A stretch of 61,550 nucleotides of DNA, counting the filler, from Choristocarpus tenellus KU-1152 (Eukaryota > Protista > Phaeophyceae), in NCBI GenBank assembly GCA_964200185.2. It is 10 parts of 10 records of this genome, joined end to end, with 100 filler letters (N's around TTAATTAATTAA, not from the genome) between each part and the next. Parts side by side here need not be neighbours in the genome. Positions count along the whole stretch, not along the records: positions 23,625 to 37,175 come from CAXNAD020001454.1; positions 37,276 to 43,445 come from CAXNAD020008774.1; 8 more parts are not named here. One strand, given 5' to 3'. Each line of letters begins with the position of its first letter. Position 1 is the first letter of the stretch. Below, piece after piece: positions 26,401 to 38,815 of this stretch. The position numbers were made by a program, and so were the translations under genes. Under the pieces are notes generated by a model, which did not search any database, was not told the origin of the DNA, and saw only the letters and a list, made by a program, of their open reading frames with translations.

Positions 26401-27419
26401 TAGTGTAACTTGAAGGACTACCTCTCTCTCTCTCTCTCTCTCTCTCTGGCTGGGTTCATGGTGGAGGGGCAGTGCTAGATGCTTTGTTGCAGCTGTTTGG
26501 ATAAGTGTATGATTTAAGGGTCAAGAGTATCTGGTGGATACTTGAGCACCTCTCCCCTCCCTTCCCATGCCTGTTGTGAAAAACTGTGGGTGAGCAGGAG
26601 GGTATTGCTGTTCGTGCAGGTCACCACTGCACTCAAGCGTTGCACCGACAGCTGGGTGCGGCAGGTAGTATTAGGGCGAGTACTTACCTTTACAACACAC
26701 GGGAGGACGTCGATCGATTTATCACTGTGAGTTAAGTTGCCTCCTAGGGTTGCAGGTAAAAACCTCATAATCTAAATTGAGGGAAAATTCATGTTTTTGT
26801 TTTTGCAACGTTTAATTCGAGGATGTAGGCTATGGAGTGTTTTTATAAGGTAATATATATATATATATTTATAGATAGATGTATGTATGTATGTATGTAT
26901 GATTTATGCAGAGATTTGTACCAATGTTGGTATGGTCTGGAGCGTTGGGAATGAAATATATGCAAGTGTAGGTGTTGTGATGTGGTGGGACCAGAAGTTT
27001 GACATCCTACCGAGTTTTTAATTGTTTTTCTTTTTTGAGAGACGTCGTATCCTGGTTGGAGAGTTATTCCGTTTGTTGCACTCATAGCGTGTGCTGTTGC
27101 AGTTGGCGAATGGTTGAATCGACCGTGCTTGTCCCTTCTTTTTTTTTGCTCCTCCTCCCCCATCCTGTTGCAAATTTTCTTCTTGTGTTGTGATTTCTGT
27201 CTGGTTGGGGTCTGAAAACTCAGTTTGTTGATGTTGTCTCTGTTTTGTCTACCTTCTCCCACTGGTGTATGGATTTGACTGTGGCTGATTGGTTACTGTT
27301 CGTTTTTTTCAACTTCATTCTTGAACACGTGCACTTGTTGGATCACTCCTATGTATGATAGTTGTTTCTCCTCCTAGAAAGTATTTCATTAATCCTCTCT
27401 TGCCCTTTCCTCTCCCCCT

Positions 27420-27420
<1 letters not shown>

Positions 27421-27464
<44 letters not shown>
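27421..27464. repeat. Poly-C tract (44 nt)
   Basis: Homopolymer. Confidence 0.9.
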
Positions 27465-27696
27465 TGTGCGTTACTCCCAACCCTCTCTCTGCCTCTTGCA
27501 TCGTTGACATAAGGCTCTGTACTCAACGCTGGAATTCTTCACCAGTTTGGAGGGGGGAGGGGATGGTGACATTGCGGGTCACCCTGATCTCTTTTTGTGA
27601 ATACATAATGGTTCTCCTTCATCAATGAAGAGGACTTCATGTTTTATTTTAGGCTATACATGATATTCTTTATAGAACGACTGGTGGTGACAGACA

Positions 27697-27730
<34 letters not shown>

Positions 27731-28125
27731 CTCTCACTCTCTCACTTCACATATCATACACATACTACCATCGTTTTGAAGGAAAAGGAGATGGGTGTGG
27801 CATGATGAGTGGATTATGGCGAGTAAATTGTGTGGGATTATGAGAGTGCTGCACTTGGTCGCCACAAAGCCTTCTCACGGTTCTTGAAGTGCTGAAGAAG
27901 TTCTTGATCATTTTCTCATAACCCAACCTGCATTCAATGTGCACCCTTGAAAATTCGTCCCATGGTGATGTGGTGAAAGATGCGGTCCGGAGGGCAGGTG
28001 ACTCTGCTTCTGTTCGATTTCTGATGCTTCTTTTTTCTTTTTGCAAGCATGAAATTTCTGGTGGATCTTCAAGCATTTGGTCCCTCCCTCAAGGGATCTT
28101 CTATTCTCTTGCGGTGCTACATGCC

Positions 28126-28194
28126 TGTTTATCAATATTGTTTATCAATATTGTTTATCAATATTGTTTATCAATATTGTTTATCAATATTGTT
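28126..28194. repeat. 13-bp tandem repeat (tgtttatcaatat) x5
   Basis: Direct tandem units. Confidence 0.95.
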
Positions 28195-28999
28195 GCATGA
28201 CCCACTCTGTTATTGTCATTCAGGGTAGTGGTTCATACATTTTTAAGTGGTTGTGGTCAGCTCTCTTACTGAAATTTGCATGAATTGGGTCAATGGACTG
28301 GCTGCCTTTCATTGTTATTTTCGTGCCCTACATCACATGACTGTGAGCTGAAAGACGTCTTCACTTTTTCTCCAGGCGTATGTTTGGAGTACTTACATTT
28401 GTTTGCACCTGGTGCCACACATTGGGTTCATGAGGAGGATGCTTTGGCGTATCTTGTATTTGGTTCCCTCGATGATCAAATTTCGTTAGCATTGTTGCAC
28501 TTTATGCCACTCAGTTCGCACTCATTGTTTCCAGCACGGTCAAATTCCTTTTGATGTGCCAGAAAGTGGTTTGTTAGGCAATCATTCAAGTGAGAATTAC
28601 ATTCGCAACCTGCATCCTGTTGCTCAAAATGAACAACACGAGGCTGTTGTTCATTGTCCATTGGGCGCATGGGGGTGAGGATTTCCCTTCACCGAACCCT
28701 CCATCGCGTGGAAAACGTTGGTGTTGGAGCTGCAGGAGTCAAGGGACCGAGCAAGAAATGCGTTCTCTGTTCCTAAGAAGAATGTGTGATGAAGATCATT
28801 CTTTCCTCCCTGGGTATCCCTTGCAATGGGATCGTTCTATGTGCTTGGTTTCTGAATCTCTTTGCAATTGTTTCTTGGCAGTTTGTAAGCAACATTCCAC
28901 CCACCACAAGGATTACATACCCTAAGATGAACATGTTGTGATATCATTTGTTGAGCGATAGTGTCCTATTGAAAACTCTGTATCTCAATTACAAAAACC

Positions 29000-29484
29000 A
29001 TTGTTGGGCGATTGGAAAATGGAGATCTGGCCAATCGTGGACACTAAGGTCTCTCAGCGCTCAAGCAAGCACAGCCCTAAGGGCACTAAGGACGGGGAGG
29101 GGTATAAGAAGCTCATGATCGAGGATGTCATTCTGGCAGTCAATGACCGCGTGCCTAGGCTGGATCATGGAGGTAATCAAGGAGGTGGCAGGGGATGACA
29201 CTGTCGTAGAGCTCCAGCCAGTCAACTCACCTGACCTCGACGTCAAGAACCTGGGATTCTTGCAATCCATCCAGCAACTGAAGGAAGACATGGTGGTGAC
29301 CAACACCCAGGAGCTGGTGGAGGCTGCAATGGAGGCATTTAATGTGTACCCCCAGGAGGCACTAGAGTGCATCTGGGAGAGCCTCCTAGCAGCCTATGGT
29401 GAAGTGCTGGGGTCTAAGGGTGACAATGTAAAATTCCCTATCTTAACAAGGAAAGGGCTGAGAGGGTGGACAAGCTCCCCCTGA
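29000..29484 (+). mobile_element. Tc1/mariner transposase remnant, plant/oomycete-like DD39D type, internally deleted and frameshifted
   Basis: KMEIWPIVDTKVSQRSSKHSPKGT (cf. KIGIWPF..AKRSSKNRP.GT) and QPVNSPDLDVKNLGFLQSIQQL..ELVEAAMEAF..YP..L..IW..EVLGSKGDN (cf. QPPNSPDLNVLDLGFF). Confidence 0.88.
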
Positions 29485-31593
29485 ATGCCCCAGTGGATGC
29501 AGTGACATTCCGTGCTGGAAGGGGGTTTTGGAGGGCCTCGGGAATGGAATCATAGATATGTTGCTTGAGATTTTGGTGGGTAACCTTCTAGTGTCTGCAA
29601 AAAACACCTACTATATATTATACTACTAGTATGTTAGAAACAATGCTGCTTCCTCATCAAACCTCCAAACGTCGTGTTACAATTAATTCCAAACGGAGGA
29701 AATGGTATATTTGCACCCACTGACATTTTGCAGGTGTTGCCCTGGAGAGAAGAAGAGATATTTACCTATGGAGCAGAGCGAAAATTTTAGAATTGCTCAC
29801 ACACCTCCTTTTCAGGGCATGATTAGAGTACTAGTTGCGTTTTTTGTGCGAGCTTATTTGAAGTGTGGTGTTAGGAACCCCACAATGAGATACCGTGTAG
29901 TTGTAGTAGGGTAGGTGTAATGGAATAGTGTCATTGTCACAACCTCAGTTGCACCAAGACGAGTTGAGTGATTTGTTAACTTCGAGGCTTTTTTCTCCTT
30001 TCAGTCCGATTTCTAAAAAAAGCTACAAATATTCATTGAAGTAGAAAAGATAGGCAATATGAAAATTCCCAGGATAGAAGGTGGCGGATAGGGCAATACC
30101 AATTTATGCTCACGGTTTGGTGTCTAAGGGGAGGGACTACTACATCAAAGTAATTTGGGAATAGCATTCAATGCACAGGGCAATGTGTTGTTGTATCGAA
30201 AATAATCCAGAGTACTAAGTAGTAGGTACTTCCTCTGCTCAGCATCAGTTTGAACATAATGTGCGAGGAAGGAAATTTCAATTCAAAGCCCGTGTTGAGA
30301 ACAAGCACCACACAAAGCAATGGAAATTTGATGCCATCTTTGTGCATTTATAGCCTGTCCTGGAAACTGCTCGAATCGGGTCTAAATGGAGAAAGTAGAT
30401 AGAAGTAGGGTCTCTGTAAATACTTTAGTAAAGAGACTCGTTGTAGTGTAGGCCCATATCCATAAGGATATTAGCAATCATCACAAATGCACAGGGGAAC
30501 TACTGTGGTTTCAGAGGAGATATTGTACAGATGATAATCCTCAGCCTTCTTGTTTCCTCAAACAACGATTTCATGGTACAAAGGGCTCTACTCCCACTAA
30601 TATTTTCGGTCTACACTCACTCTTTCATCTCCGCCTGACGGTACTGACTTCTCGAATGTATATAAACAATCCCAAGGAGAGAGAGCGAGAGAGAGAGAGA
30701 GAGGGAGAGTACTCTGATTTTGTCATGCACAATATGTTGTACTGGGTCAGGTTTAGTGGGTACGGTTCCCTGAATTGTATAGGATGACAGTTTTTTGTAG
30801 CATCCAGAATGCACAAAAAAAAATGGAGAGAGCACCCAAGCTGGTGGAGGAGATGGCGGGGAGACTGAGTGAGGTGCATGTAGTGTGTCACTGTACCCCG
30901 AGGTTGTGTTTTTCATGTCCATGACAACAGAATGTTGTTGTTAAGTAACTTGGGGAGTTGCAAAGGACCATAGAAGTTATAGCAACCAGAAAAATGGTGA
31001 GAAGTAATACTAGGAGGTATTTATTTGTTCTGCTGTCAATGAAATTTGATGGCTGAGAGATGTCCTTCATCCATGCTGATGAGTTGAAACAGCATCAGGT
31101 AAATAGGGTCCTAAAAAAGTGGTTATGCTGGAGCTATGTGATCCTTCACAAACTTCCCCTAATCATGCATATTTCGCTTCTCATGAATGTATATATCCCG
31201 GACTTCTTTCAGTTTGGACCACATCTTTCTTTACAAGGGCTCTACTGGAAACAATTTTCTGTGCTGCTAGTATTCCGTGATACATTTCATGATTGTGAAC
31301 AAATGTTTCTATACTTCGAAGTTCTCTACTACGTCACATCTAGACACAGGCAGGTGTCTCAAAATGATTTGGTTCTGATAAATCTTGATGAGGTATGGAA
31401 TCACTTCTTCGGCTTCACAAGGGAGCACATAGTAGGTTGGCCAGAGATAACATATTAAAATATATCGTTGTTTCATGTTATTGCAGTTGACATTTCTTCT
31501 AATAAAAAGTCAAGTGAATCTTGTGGGGGAAAATGGAGTAAGATATGAATCCAGAAAAATAACATTTCGCTGTCCATTCTACAAATATATGAA

Positions 31594-34400
31594 TCAGTAG
31601 GAATCCATCTTCGTCCCAGCAAGCACGTACTGGAGAAGGCTTTCCCGGACACTAGTAACAGGACTACAGCCATTGGCTGGATCGGAACTATAGAGTAGTT
31701 TCAGATACCCAAACCTTCGTGGCCCACCATTCCTACCAATATCTGGCATGGTCCAGCTCAAGGGTAACTCCCAGCCAGGAACAGGCCTGTTGTTGCGGAA
31801 ATAGATCATTGTGAGAAGGGGTCTTGGGAGAGTGTATATGCTGAATATAAGTGACTCACAAAATGCAACACCTTCATATTTATTTTTACATGGGAGATAT
31901 GTGGACTAGAACTGTTAGGGTGGATGAGGGAGATTGAATACTATGGTTGCGGCATTTGGAGATCTTTCAAGGGTTGAAGTTATTCTTTGGATTAGACATG
32001 TTGCTACTGCAGGTTATTGGTAGAAATTCCATGGCAGGGTAGGTATCTCTGATGGACGCAGAGCTGAGGCGGGGGGTGACACAATATAATACATGGAAAC
32101 GTATCATTGCACAACAGTTGGTCTCAGCACTGAGTTCTGTTCTGGCTAGAGAATGCTAAATATTCTACGTTTTCTGTATCAGCTTGATTGATGAGGACAT
32201 TTACCTCCAATTATTTCTATCTTGTAACACAATTTGATTTCATCAAACTTGTCTAACACGTTGATCATGGTCACATAATTGATTACCTTATCCTAGTCTG
32301 ACCAGTATATTCTGTCCTGGCAAGATTAACCAGTAAACGTTTTTCCACATCTATCTGTATCGAGGAAAGAGGTACACCATGTGAAACAAAGAAATAACCC
32401 CCCTCTACTGCCTTGTCCCCCTGTAGGCCCATAGTGCATTAATAAATACACATTTGAAAGACCTACAGATCTCAATGGTACTGAGATAGGGTTTCAAGGG
32501 ATGTTCTCACTTTTGTGCAAAAGACCAGCTGTAGGTCTCGTTCAACCAATTTTCACCAGGTTCCTCCACGGCCAGCTTTGATAGGACCTGCTTGCCGCGA
32601 CAGAGAGGGGTGTATGGACGTCTGCTGGATATTTTCGGACACGTTTTGAACTACAGAAGCTACCTGAGGCACTAAGAAGTATGATTTGATAGGGCTCATG
32701 GTGATGTTTGGAAGTTGCGCTCATGTGGTATAGATTATTTGTAGTCAATTTTGTTTGTGGGATCAAGCCGCTCAAACTCGGTGAGGCTAATCTGCTTGGT
32801 GACGGAGGAGTGCAGATCACCAAAGGTTTCTTAGCAGAATTTGGAGAAAGGCAGTACTTGTGTGTATATTTGATCATACGACAAAGTCCTCATCTCCATA
32901 TCATAAGCACCATGATGGAAGTATTTCCATCACAGCCTTCAATCTACCTCTTTGTAGGGCCCTGAACTCTGGTACTGGGAGTGGTTGTCCTCACAATACA
33001 ACTGGACCCAGTTACAGGTGCACCGGTATAATGTGTGATGCAAGGGCATATCTGAAAGTTGGTGATCAAAAAATGACTCTAACTTGTTGTAAAGATGTCT
33101 CCCTCATGTATCTACTACTGTTCAGTGTGTGGGAAGTTTGGCACTTGATTTCGCTCGAACAGCACCTGATTTTCCTATCTTTTTACGTCACTTGTACTGC
33201 TTTCTGTGTCTTGTTGACCTCCATTAATAGAAACTCTCAACATACTTGAAAACACTAAGACCCCAGAGTAATTGATGATGCTGTAGTACTGCAATCTTCA
33301 AAATTCCTTGGATTGTTGAATTTTCCCTGAAGCTACACACCCATGGCATAATTACAAATGAAAAATAGAATAGCCGTCACAGCACGGTGAATATGACTTG
33401 AGTCTCACCAATCTAGTTGGGATCGGGAGGAAGGGATCAAGTGTGAAGGCACTGGGAGGGATACTACTATGCATTGCTTCGCAAGACAAGGCATCACCTT
33501 GCACATTTCCCTCTCATCATGGTGGGAAAGATCAAGGCTGTAGAAGCGGTCAGGATGCATGGGATTGTAGCAGTTGAGTGGCCCTACTCTCCACAGAAAC
33601 TCTTCTTCCTCTTCCTGCCAGGAAGGGCATACAGCAGAGAGGAAATGTGGAAGGAGTTCATATATATATATGTGGAAAGGATAAAATTTGTTAATGTATA
33701 CCCACACTATGCTTCATGGATGGGAGTAGGAGATACAAAAAAAATAATAGCATTTGAACCAGGTATCAACATTTCACACCTTGCCACTACTGGGACAATT
33801 TTTCTCTGCAACTTCCTAGTGTTAGGGGCTTTTGGGGCCTGGGTCGCCAAGTAATCTGGAAATCAGAGGTTGAGGGCCACGTTTGATCTTACGATTTGAT
33901 GCCTACCATATAGGGTTTTTACTGGTACAGTCAAGGTTCCCTTGTGCAGTCATGCTGTACTGCCAACTCAAGCACAACCTTGTTGTATATCCTGCAGTCT
34001 TCCCTACCCTATTAGTTTCACCATCACTACTCAGTGCCATTGACAAGCAAGGGTGAAGAGGTTGATGGTGGGTGATTCCAGGGCATGAGTGAGAGTATTG
34101 TGTGACTTTGGAAACAGATAGTGAAATGACAGCCTCTCTGTATGCACAGTTCAGTTCGGCTTCTCTTATATTAGCAGATACTTTGGTATATTGGCTAGAC
34201 GAATATCGGTTCTGATGAAGATATTGCAAACAAACCTGAGTACAGCTTCGGCAAGGTTGGTGGTATGGTACACTCACATCGGTGAATTGATCCAGTAATT
34301 GGTAGATATTCTCAATGTCTAGGAGCCGCCCTAACATTGTTGTCGCTGCAATTACCCGAAGGTACTCGTAACTTGGAAAATATTTAATTATTCTGATCAC
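31594..34400 (-). CDS. Uncharacterised protein, last four exons: 34400-34278, 33614-33498, 32587-32511, 31786-31594; upstream exons probably reach ~36.8 kb
   Basis: All junctions are GT-AG with matching phases (0,0,2): VIRIIKYFPSYEYLRVIAATTMLGRLLDIENIYQLLDQFTD|EEEEEFLWRVGPLNCYNPMHPDRFYSLDLSHHDEREMCK|VLSKLAVEEPGENWLNETYSWSFAQK|PVPGWELPLSW...MDSY*. Confidence 0.8.
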
Positions 34401-34683
34401 CTATGAAGTTATTATTATGGAGGTTTGTCTTTGGCATCAGACTAGTTCATGTCTAGTTGTTATATTTGGCTTGGTGAGGAAAAGCTGTATCTAAATGTGA
34501 CGGGATTTGATCCCCATCTATAAACGCGGAATGAACAGGAGTTGGCGTGGGCTGAGCAGGGCAGAAGTGCTTGGGTGCAGTAGACATAAAGGCTGACAAT
34601 ATGCTTCAACCAGACATATGATTTCTTACATGTGAAAAAAAAGGTTGATAAAGCAGTTTAACTGTTTAGCAACATTGCCCAGG

Positions 34684-34931
34684 GAGTGAAAGGGTCTTAG
34701 AGGGTACGAATTTTGCCCTTTTTGTCCCTTTGGGGCTTGGCTTCCCATGGGTTTTTAGGACATTTTCCTCCTCCGAAATGTATCGGAGTAGGTAAAATAT
34801 GTATGTTGTGAAAAGGTGTGTCCGGAACAAGGATACTGACTCTTCCTAACAATCACGATAGCCAAAATTACGTCATAATCGCAACATTGGATTTTGACCC
34901 CCAAATGGACGCGGCTCTACCCTCTAAGATA
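34684..34931 (+). mobile_element. MITE family A copy (probably intronic; 3' TIR clipped)
   Basis: gagtgaaagggtcttagagggtacga...ggacgcggctctaccctctaagata. Confidence 0.9.
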
Positions 34932-37089
34932 ATCCATTGGTTGCAGATACAAATCTTGTAGCGTACTTGCTCACTGATTTTGTACATATGAACAACTGGG
35001 GTACAACTTTATCAACTGAGGACAGCTCAGGAAGATCTAGTCAAACCTGGAAAGAGCGTGGATAATGGGTAAGATGCACCTGATCTACCGTCAGCCAGTG
35101 GTGCAGTAGTTGAACTTGTAACTCACACAGCTTACTTACGGCCATCTTGTAGTCCTCCATATACTGTTTAAATTGAGAATTTGGGTACGTTGAGAGGATT
35201 ACTGGGTATTGAGGGTGACACAGTTTATGCCTACGTAGTCACTGTGAGCTTCTAACTCTGTCTTTGGAGCCTAGTGTGAAGTATAGTTTGATACGTGGTG
35301 CTCATCTGAACACTGGTTGAACTGTTCTACCTCCAATAAAAGAACATCACCTCATATTTAGTGGATCATCAAATTTAATCCTTCTGTTTCCCTTGTGTCA
35401 CAATCCATAAATCATCACTTGATGGGCTTGACAAACCTCAAGTCTTATTTCCCCACCCCCACTCTATAAGGAAGAACTTCCAACCTTGGGCTTTTTTAGT
35501 AGCTTTCGCCAGGCTAGCGGAGTGAGATATAGTGGCATTGTTCTTTCTCGTTGAGTCCTGAAGCTGGAGTCATCCCCTTCTTCAAATGTTGATGTGGAAT
35601 TTTCCATGTTGTGGACTTCCACCCCAAACAAGGATCCCATTTGACTCTCTGATGTGCTAGTGTAGGTACTACCTTGAGTCTTTGTACGGAGTGGGCTAAA
35701 CTTGTGGCAAATATCCGAGTTGGCATCATTTGACCAGTGCAAAAGGAGTGAATTGAGGAGAGGGGTGAGTGGGTTAGGAGCACAGGATCAAGACCGTAGA
35801 GAAACACATTGAATTGAACCATGAAATGTTTTTTGGGGGGTTTGATGGTAAGGTGCATGCCTTGATAGCGTAGGTTGAAGTTTCCCTGAACTTGAGAACC
35901 CCACTCAAAAGAACCAGGTCCAGTTTATTCACATGGTATCAGACATCAGTCAGTTTCAGAGTAATGCAATCCTTCTGCTTCGTCATTAGTGGACCTTAAC
36001 AAGGCTCACCTGAGAGAAGGCTGAGGGCTGCTGCCAACACTGTCATTTGGAGCTGGGAGCATGATTGATAATGTTAATTCTCCTGTCATTGAGGAATCAG
36101 TGGTCTTAGAAGCCTCGGCTCCTTCTCTACTTGCTCTGCTAAACTTGTTGTGACCCAGCGGTGAAGAATAGATGAGGGAAGAAAGTGGGAAGGAGTGAAA
36201 GGAGCATCTTGCCGTTGCCTTTAATGAACAGTGAATCGTCACAATTAACGTTGGGTATACTGTCGAGGTTTCTGGGATATATATGTAAGTGTTATGAGAG
36301 CCCTCTTCTGCTCCATTTCTTCTTTTTACTGACCACCAAATTCTGCCCCCCCATGCAGCTTTCAATCTCACCTCACTTGAGGATGTGGTTCCCACACCGC
36401 TTGAGTCAAGGGGAAAGGTGACAGAACGTTGACAAATCTCATCTTCCCAGCAAGCACACAACGAGGTGACATCAACATTCAATTGTAATCAAAAGGTCAA
36501 TTGAGGTCTGATTGAATTATTTGTATTGACAAATGGCCTTTCGTAGGTTCGAGCAATGCAAGCATTAGGAAGCAAAAAGTAATATATATCTTGATATGAT
36601 TCCTTCAGATCAACGCAAAAACTATTACAGTAGCAGTGATCCACACCTTCATCACTCCAACCCCGACACTGTTCACACTCTCCTTCTGAGTCTGGAACCA
36701 ACAACCGCCCAAGTTCTGTTAATGCCCATGCTCGTCTACGCTCACGCTTCGTATTTGTGAAGTATTCAGCATGAAATCTGAATATCTGTATCAATTCAAT
36801 CAAAAGCAAGAGGACAGGGCAAAGCAGGATTGTGACTTTTCTGTTGGTCTTTGGGATAGCAATGGAGATCAGGGTAGAGATAGGACTATGGTTGGGGGTT
36901 GGAGTTGAGGGAGGTATGGGTTATGTTAAGGGGTAAGGACAAGAGTGGGAGCACCAGCTTGGTTCGCATCAAGGATGTATGTGGAGAGTAAAGTACATGT
37001 GGGCTTGAGTGTAGACAGAGACAGTGCATAGATTAAGCCAGGTTGGAATTAGCCCAAAGGAGCAGTATGGCTGGTTGTCAGGGGAAAGA

Positions 37090-37175
37090 GACTCAAAATA
37101 TCTGGGGGGGGGGTGGCGGCTGTCCATTTGGGAGTGAGCCAAAGTATCTGAGAGGGTAGAGCCGCGTCCATTTGG
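37090..37175. mobile_element. Family B MITE end (37090-37135) directly interrupted by a family A end (37136-37175)
   Basis: gactcaaaatatctgG-run..ggctgtccatttggg immediately followed by gagccaaagtatctgagagggtagagccgcgtccatttgg. Confidence 0.8.
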
Positions 37176-37275
37176 NNNNNNNNNNNNNNNNNNNNNNNNN
37201 NNNNNNNNNNNNNNNNNNNTTAATTAATTAANNNNNNNNNNNNNNNNNNNNNNNNNNNNNNNNNNNNNNNNNNNN

Positions 37276-37800
37276 TGTCATAGTAAGACTCTCTCCCCTT
37301 ACAAATATCAACACAAATGAATATGAATGCAAAATTACAATAGCACTGAAATAGGGTGTTGTCATAGACTCTCCCATTTCAGAACTAAACACAAACTATA
37401 TGACACCAACACAATTGCCTCAAATTCGCATAGAGGTAGGGTGCTGCCGTATAAAGGCTTGCTCAACCCATAAGCAAAGGACATACAAACAAGAGACTCA
37501 GAAAAATAGGGAGTATCATAGTAAGACTCTCCCCCCTCTCAAATATCGACACAAATGAATATGAATGCAAAATTACAATAGCACTGAAATAGGGTGTTGT
37601 CATAGACTCTCCCCTTTCAGAACTAAACACAAACAACTATAGGACACCAACACAATTGCCTCACAGTCGCATAGAGGTAGGGTGCTCCCATGGAAAGGCT
37701 TACCTTCTCTAGGAACCATGAACATACAAACAAACAAGACAAGCGTCTTACAATATCATCAAAATAGGGAGTGTCATAGCAAGACTCTCCTGCTTCAGAA
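37276..37800 (+). repeat. Tandem duplication of a ~240-bp repeat module (two copies plus a partial third)
   Basis: tcatagtaagactctc..caaatatc.acacaaatgaatatgaatgcaaaattacaatagcactgaaatagggtg.. at 37278 and 37516; partial at 37773. Confidence 0.9.
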
Positions 37801-38085
37801 CTATTTACACAAACAAGTACTAGACACAAGAATAATCTCCCGACAAACACAGACAAAATGTCTAGCAATAACATAAAAATCTATAAACCATAGCAAGACT
37901 TTTCACACTGGTTAGAGTGCGAAAAGGCAGACATGCTATTCGCCTGTAACATGCCCCCCAGCGTGAACTAGGAATACACGTTTCACGCTTACCACAGGCG
38001 ATTATCACGGGCCAGGACAATAAATATCATCCATCACCTCGAATCATGCTGCAGCAGCATGTATTAATTGCCACACGACAACATA

Positions 38086-38311
38086 GGGGCTCCAGTTCCG
38101 ACTCTATTCCGACTCCGTTCCCACTCTGCCAGTTTTTTTTGCGACCTAGGGACTCCAGTTCCGACTCTGTTCCGACTCTGTTCCGACTCTGTTCCGACTC
38201 TGTTCCCACCCTGTTCCCACTCTGACAGTTTTCTTGCAACCTAGGGACTCCAGTTCCGACTCCGTTCCCACCCTGCCAGTTTTCTTGCGACCTAGGGACT
38301 CAGTTCCGACT
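38086..38311. repeat. Hierarchical minisatellite: ~4 higher-order units with a variable number of 11-bp gttccgactct subunits
   Basis: Units begin ctagggactccagttccgact and end ttcccactctgccagttttcttgcgac. Confidence 0.88.
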
Positions 38312-38327
38312 AAACCTGTGGGATAAA

Positions 38328-38815
38328 AGGACAGTGTGATACACGAAAAACAGTTCGGGAATGTGAGTGTACAAATGGCGAGGAAGAACTACCTAGGCAA
38401 CGTCTATACTATGGCGGCCGAAACCCCCTCGTTTACGACTATAGGTGGATGATGTGGCGATTCCTCAGAGTCACAGAAGCCCTCAGACCCATGAAGACGG
38501 ACAAGTCCAGGGAGGGGATCTCGTAGACTACAAATGAAGACCACAAACCCAGGTGGAACAAGAAAACAATCCAGGTAGAACAAGCAAGAAATCCAGGTGG
38601 AACAAGAAAACAATCCAGGTAGAACAAGCAAACAATCCTGTGTGTTAGGGCTAACAAGGAGTAATCCCTCCAGTTTGAAGAGAGGCGGTAGGACCTCCAG
38701 TCTCGGTAGGACCTCCATGTTACAGGCGCCCCTCGATGTTCACCTCCACAGGATGTATAGCTCCAATCCATGGTCATATAGATGATACTGATGTAGGTAT
38801 AGGACTCCTGATGCA
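38328..38815 (+). repeat. Copy of the dispersed repeat at 19975-20408, with an internal ~21-bp tandem (aatccaggt[a/g]gaacaag...)
   Basis: Nucleotide homology; tandem units at ~38548-38635. Confidence 0.8.

Noticed and set aside
23577-27628. Poly-proline ORFs (also 52900-53148)
   Set aside because: They arise from poly-G/C homopolymers, two of them at contig ends and possibly sequencing artefacts.
34499-34590. B-box-like ggggatcaaatccc on the - strand suggesting a tRNA or SINE
   Set aside because: No cloverleaf, no convincing A-box and no second copy in the window.
38086-38311. Repeat-spacer-like pattern as CRISPR
   Set aside because: The intervening sequence is made of the same 11-bp subunit, so this is a minisatellite.
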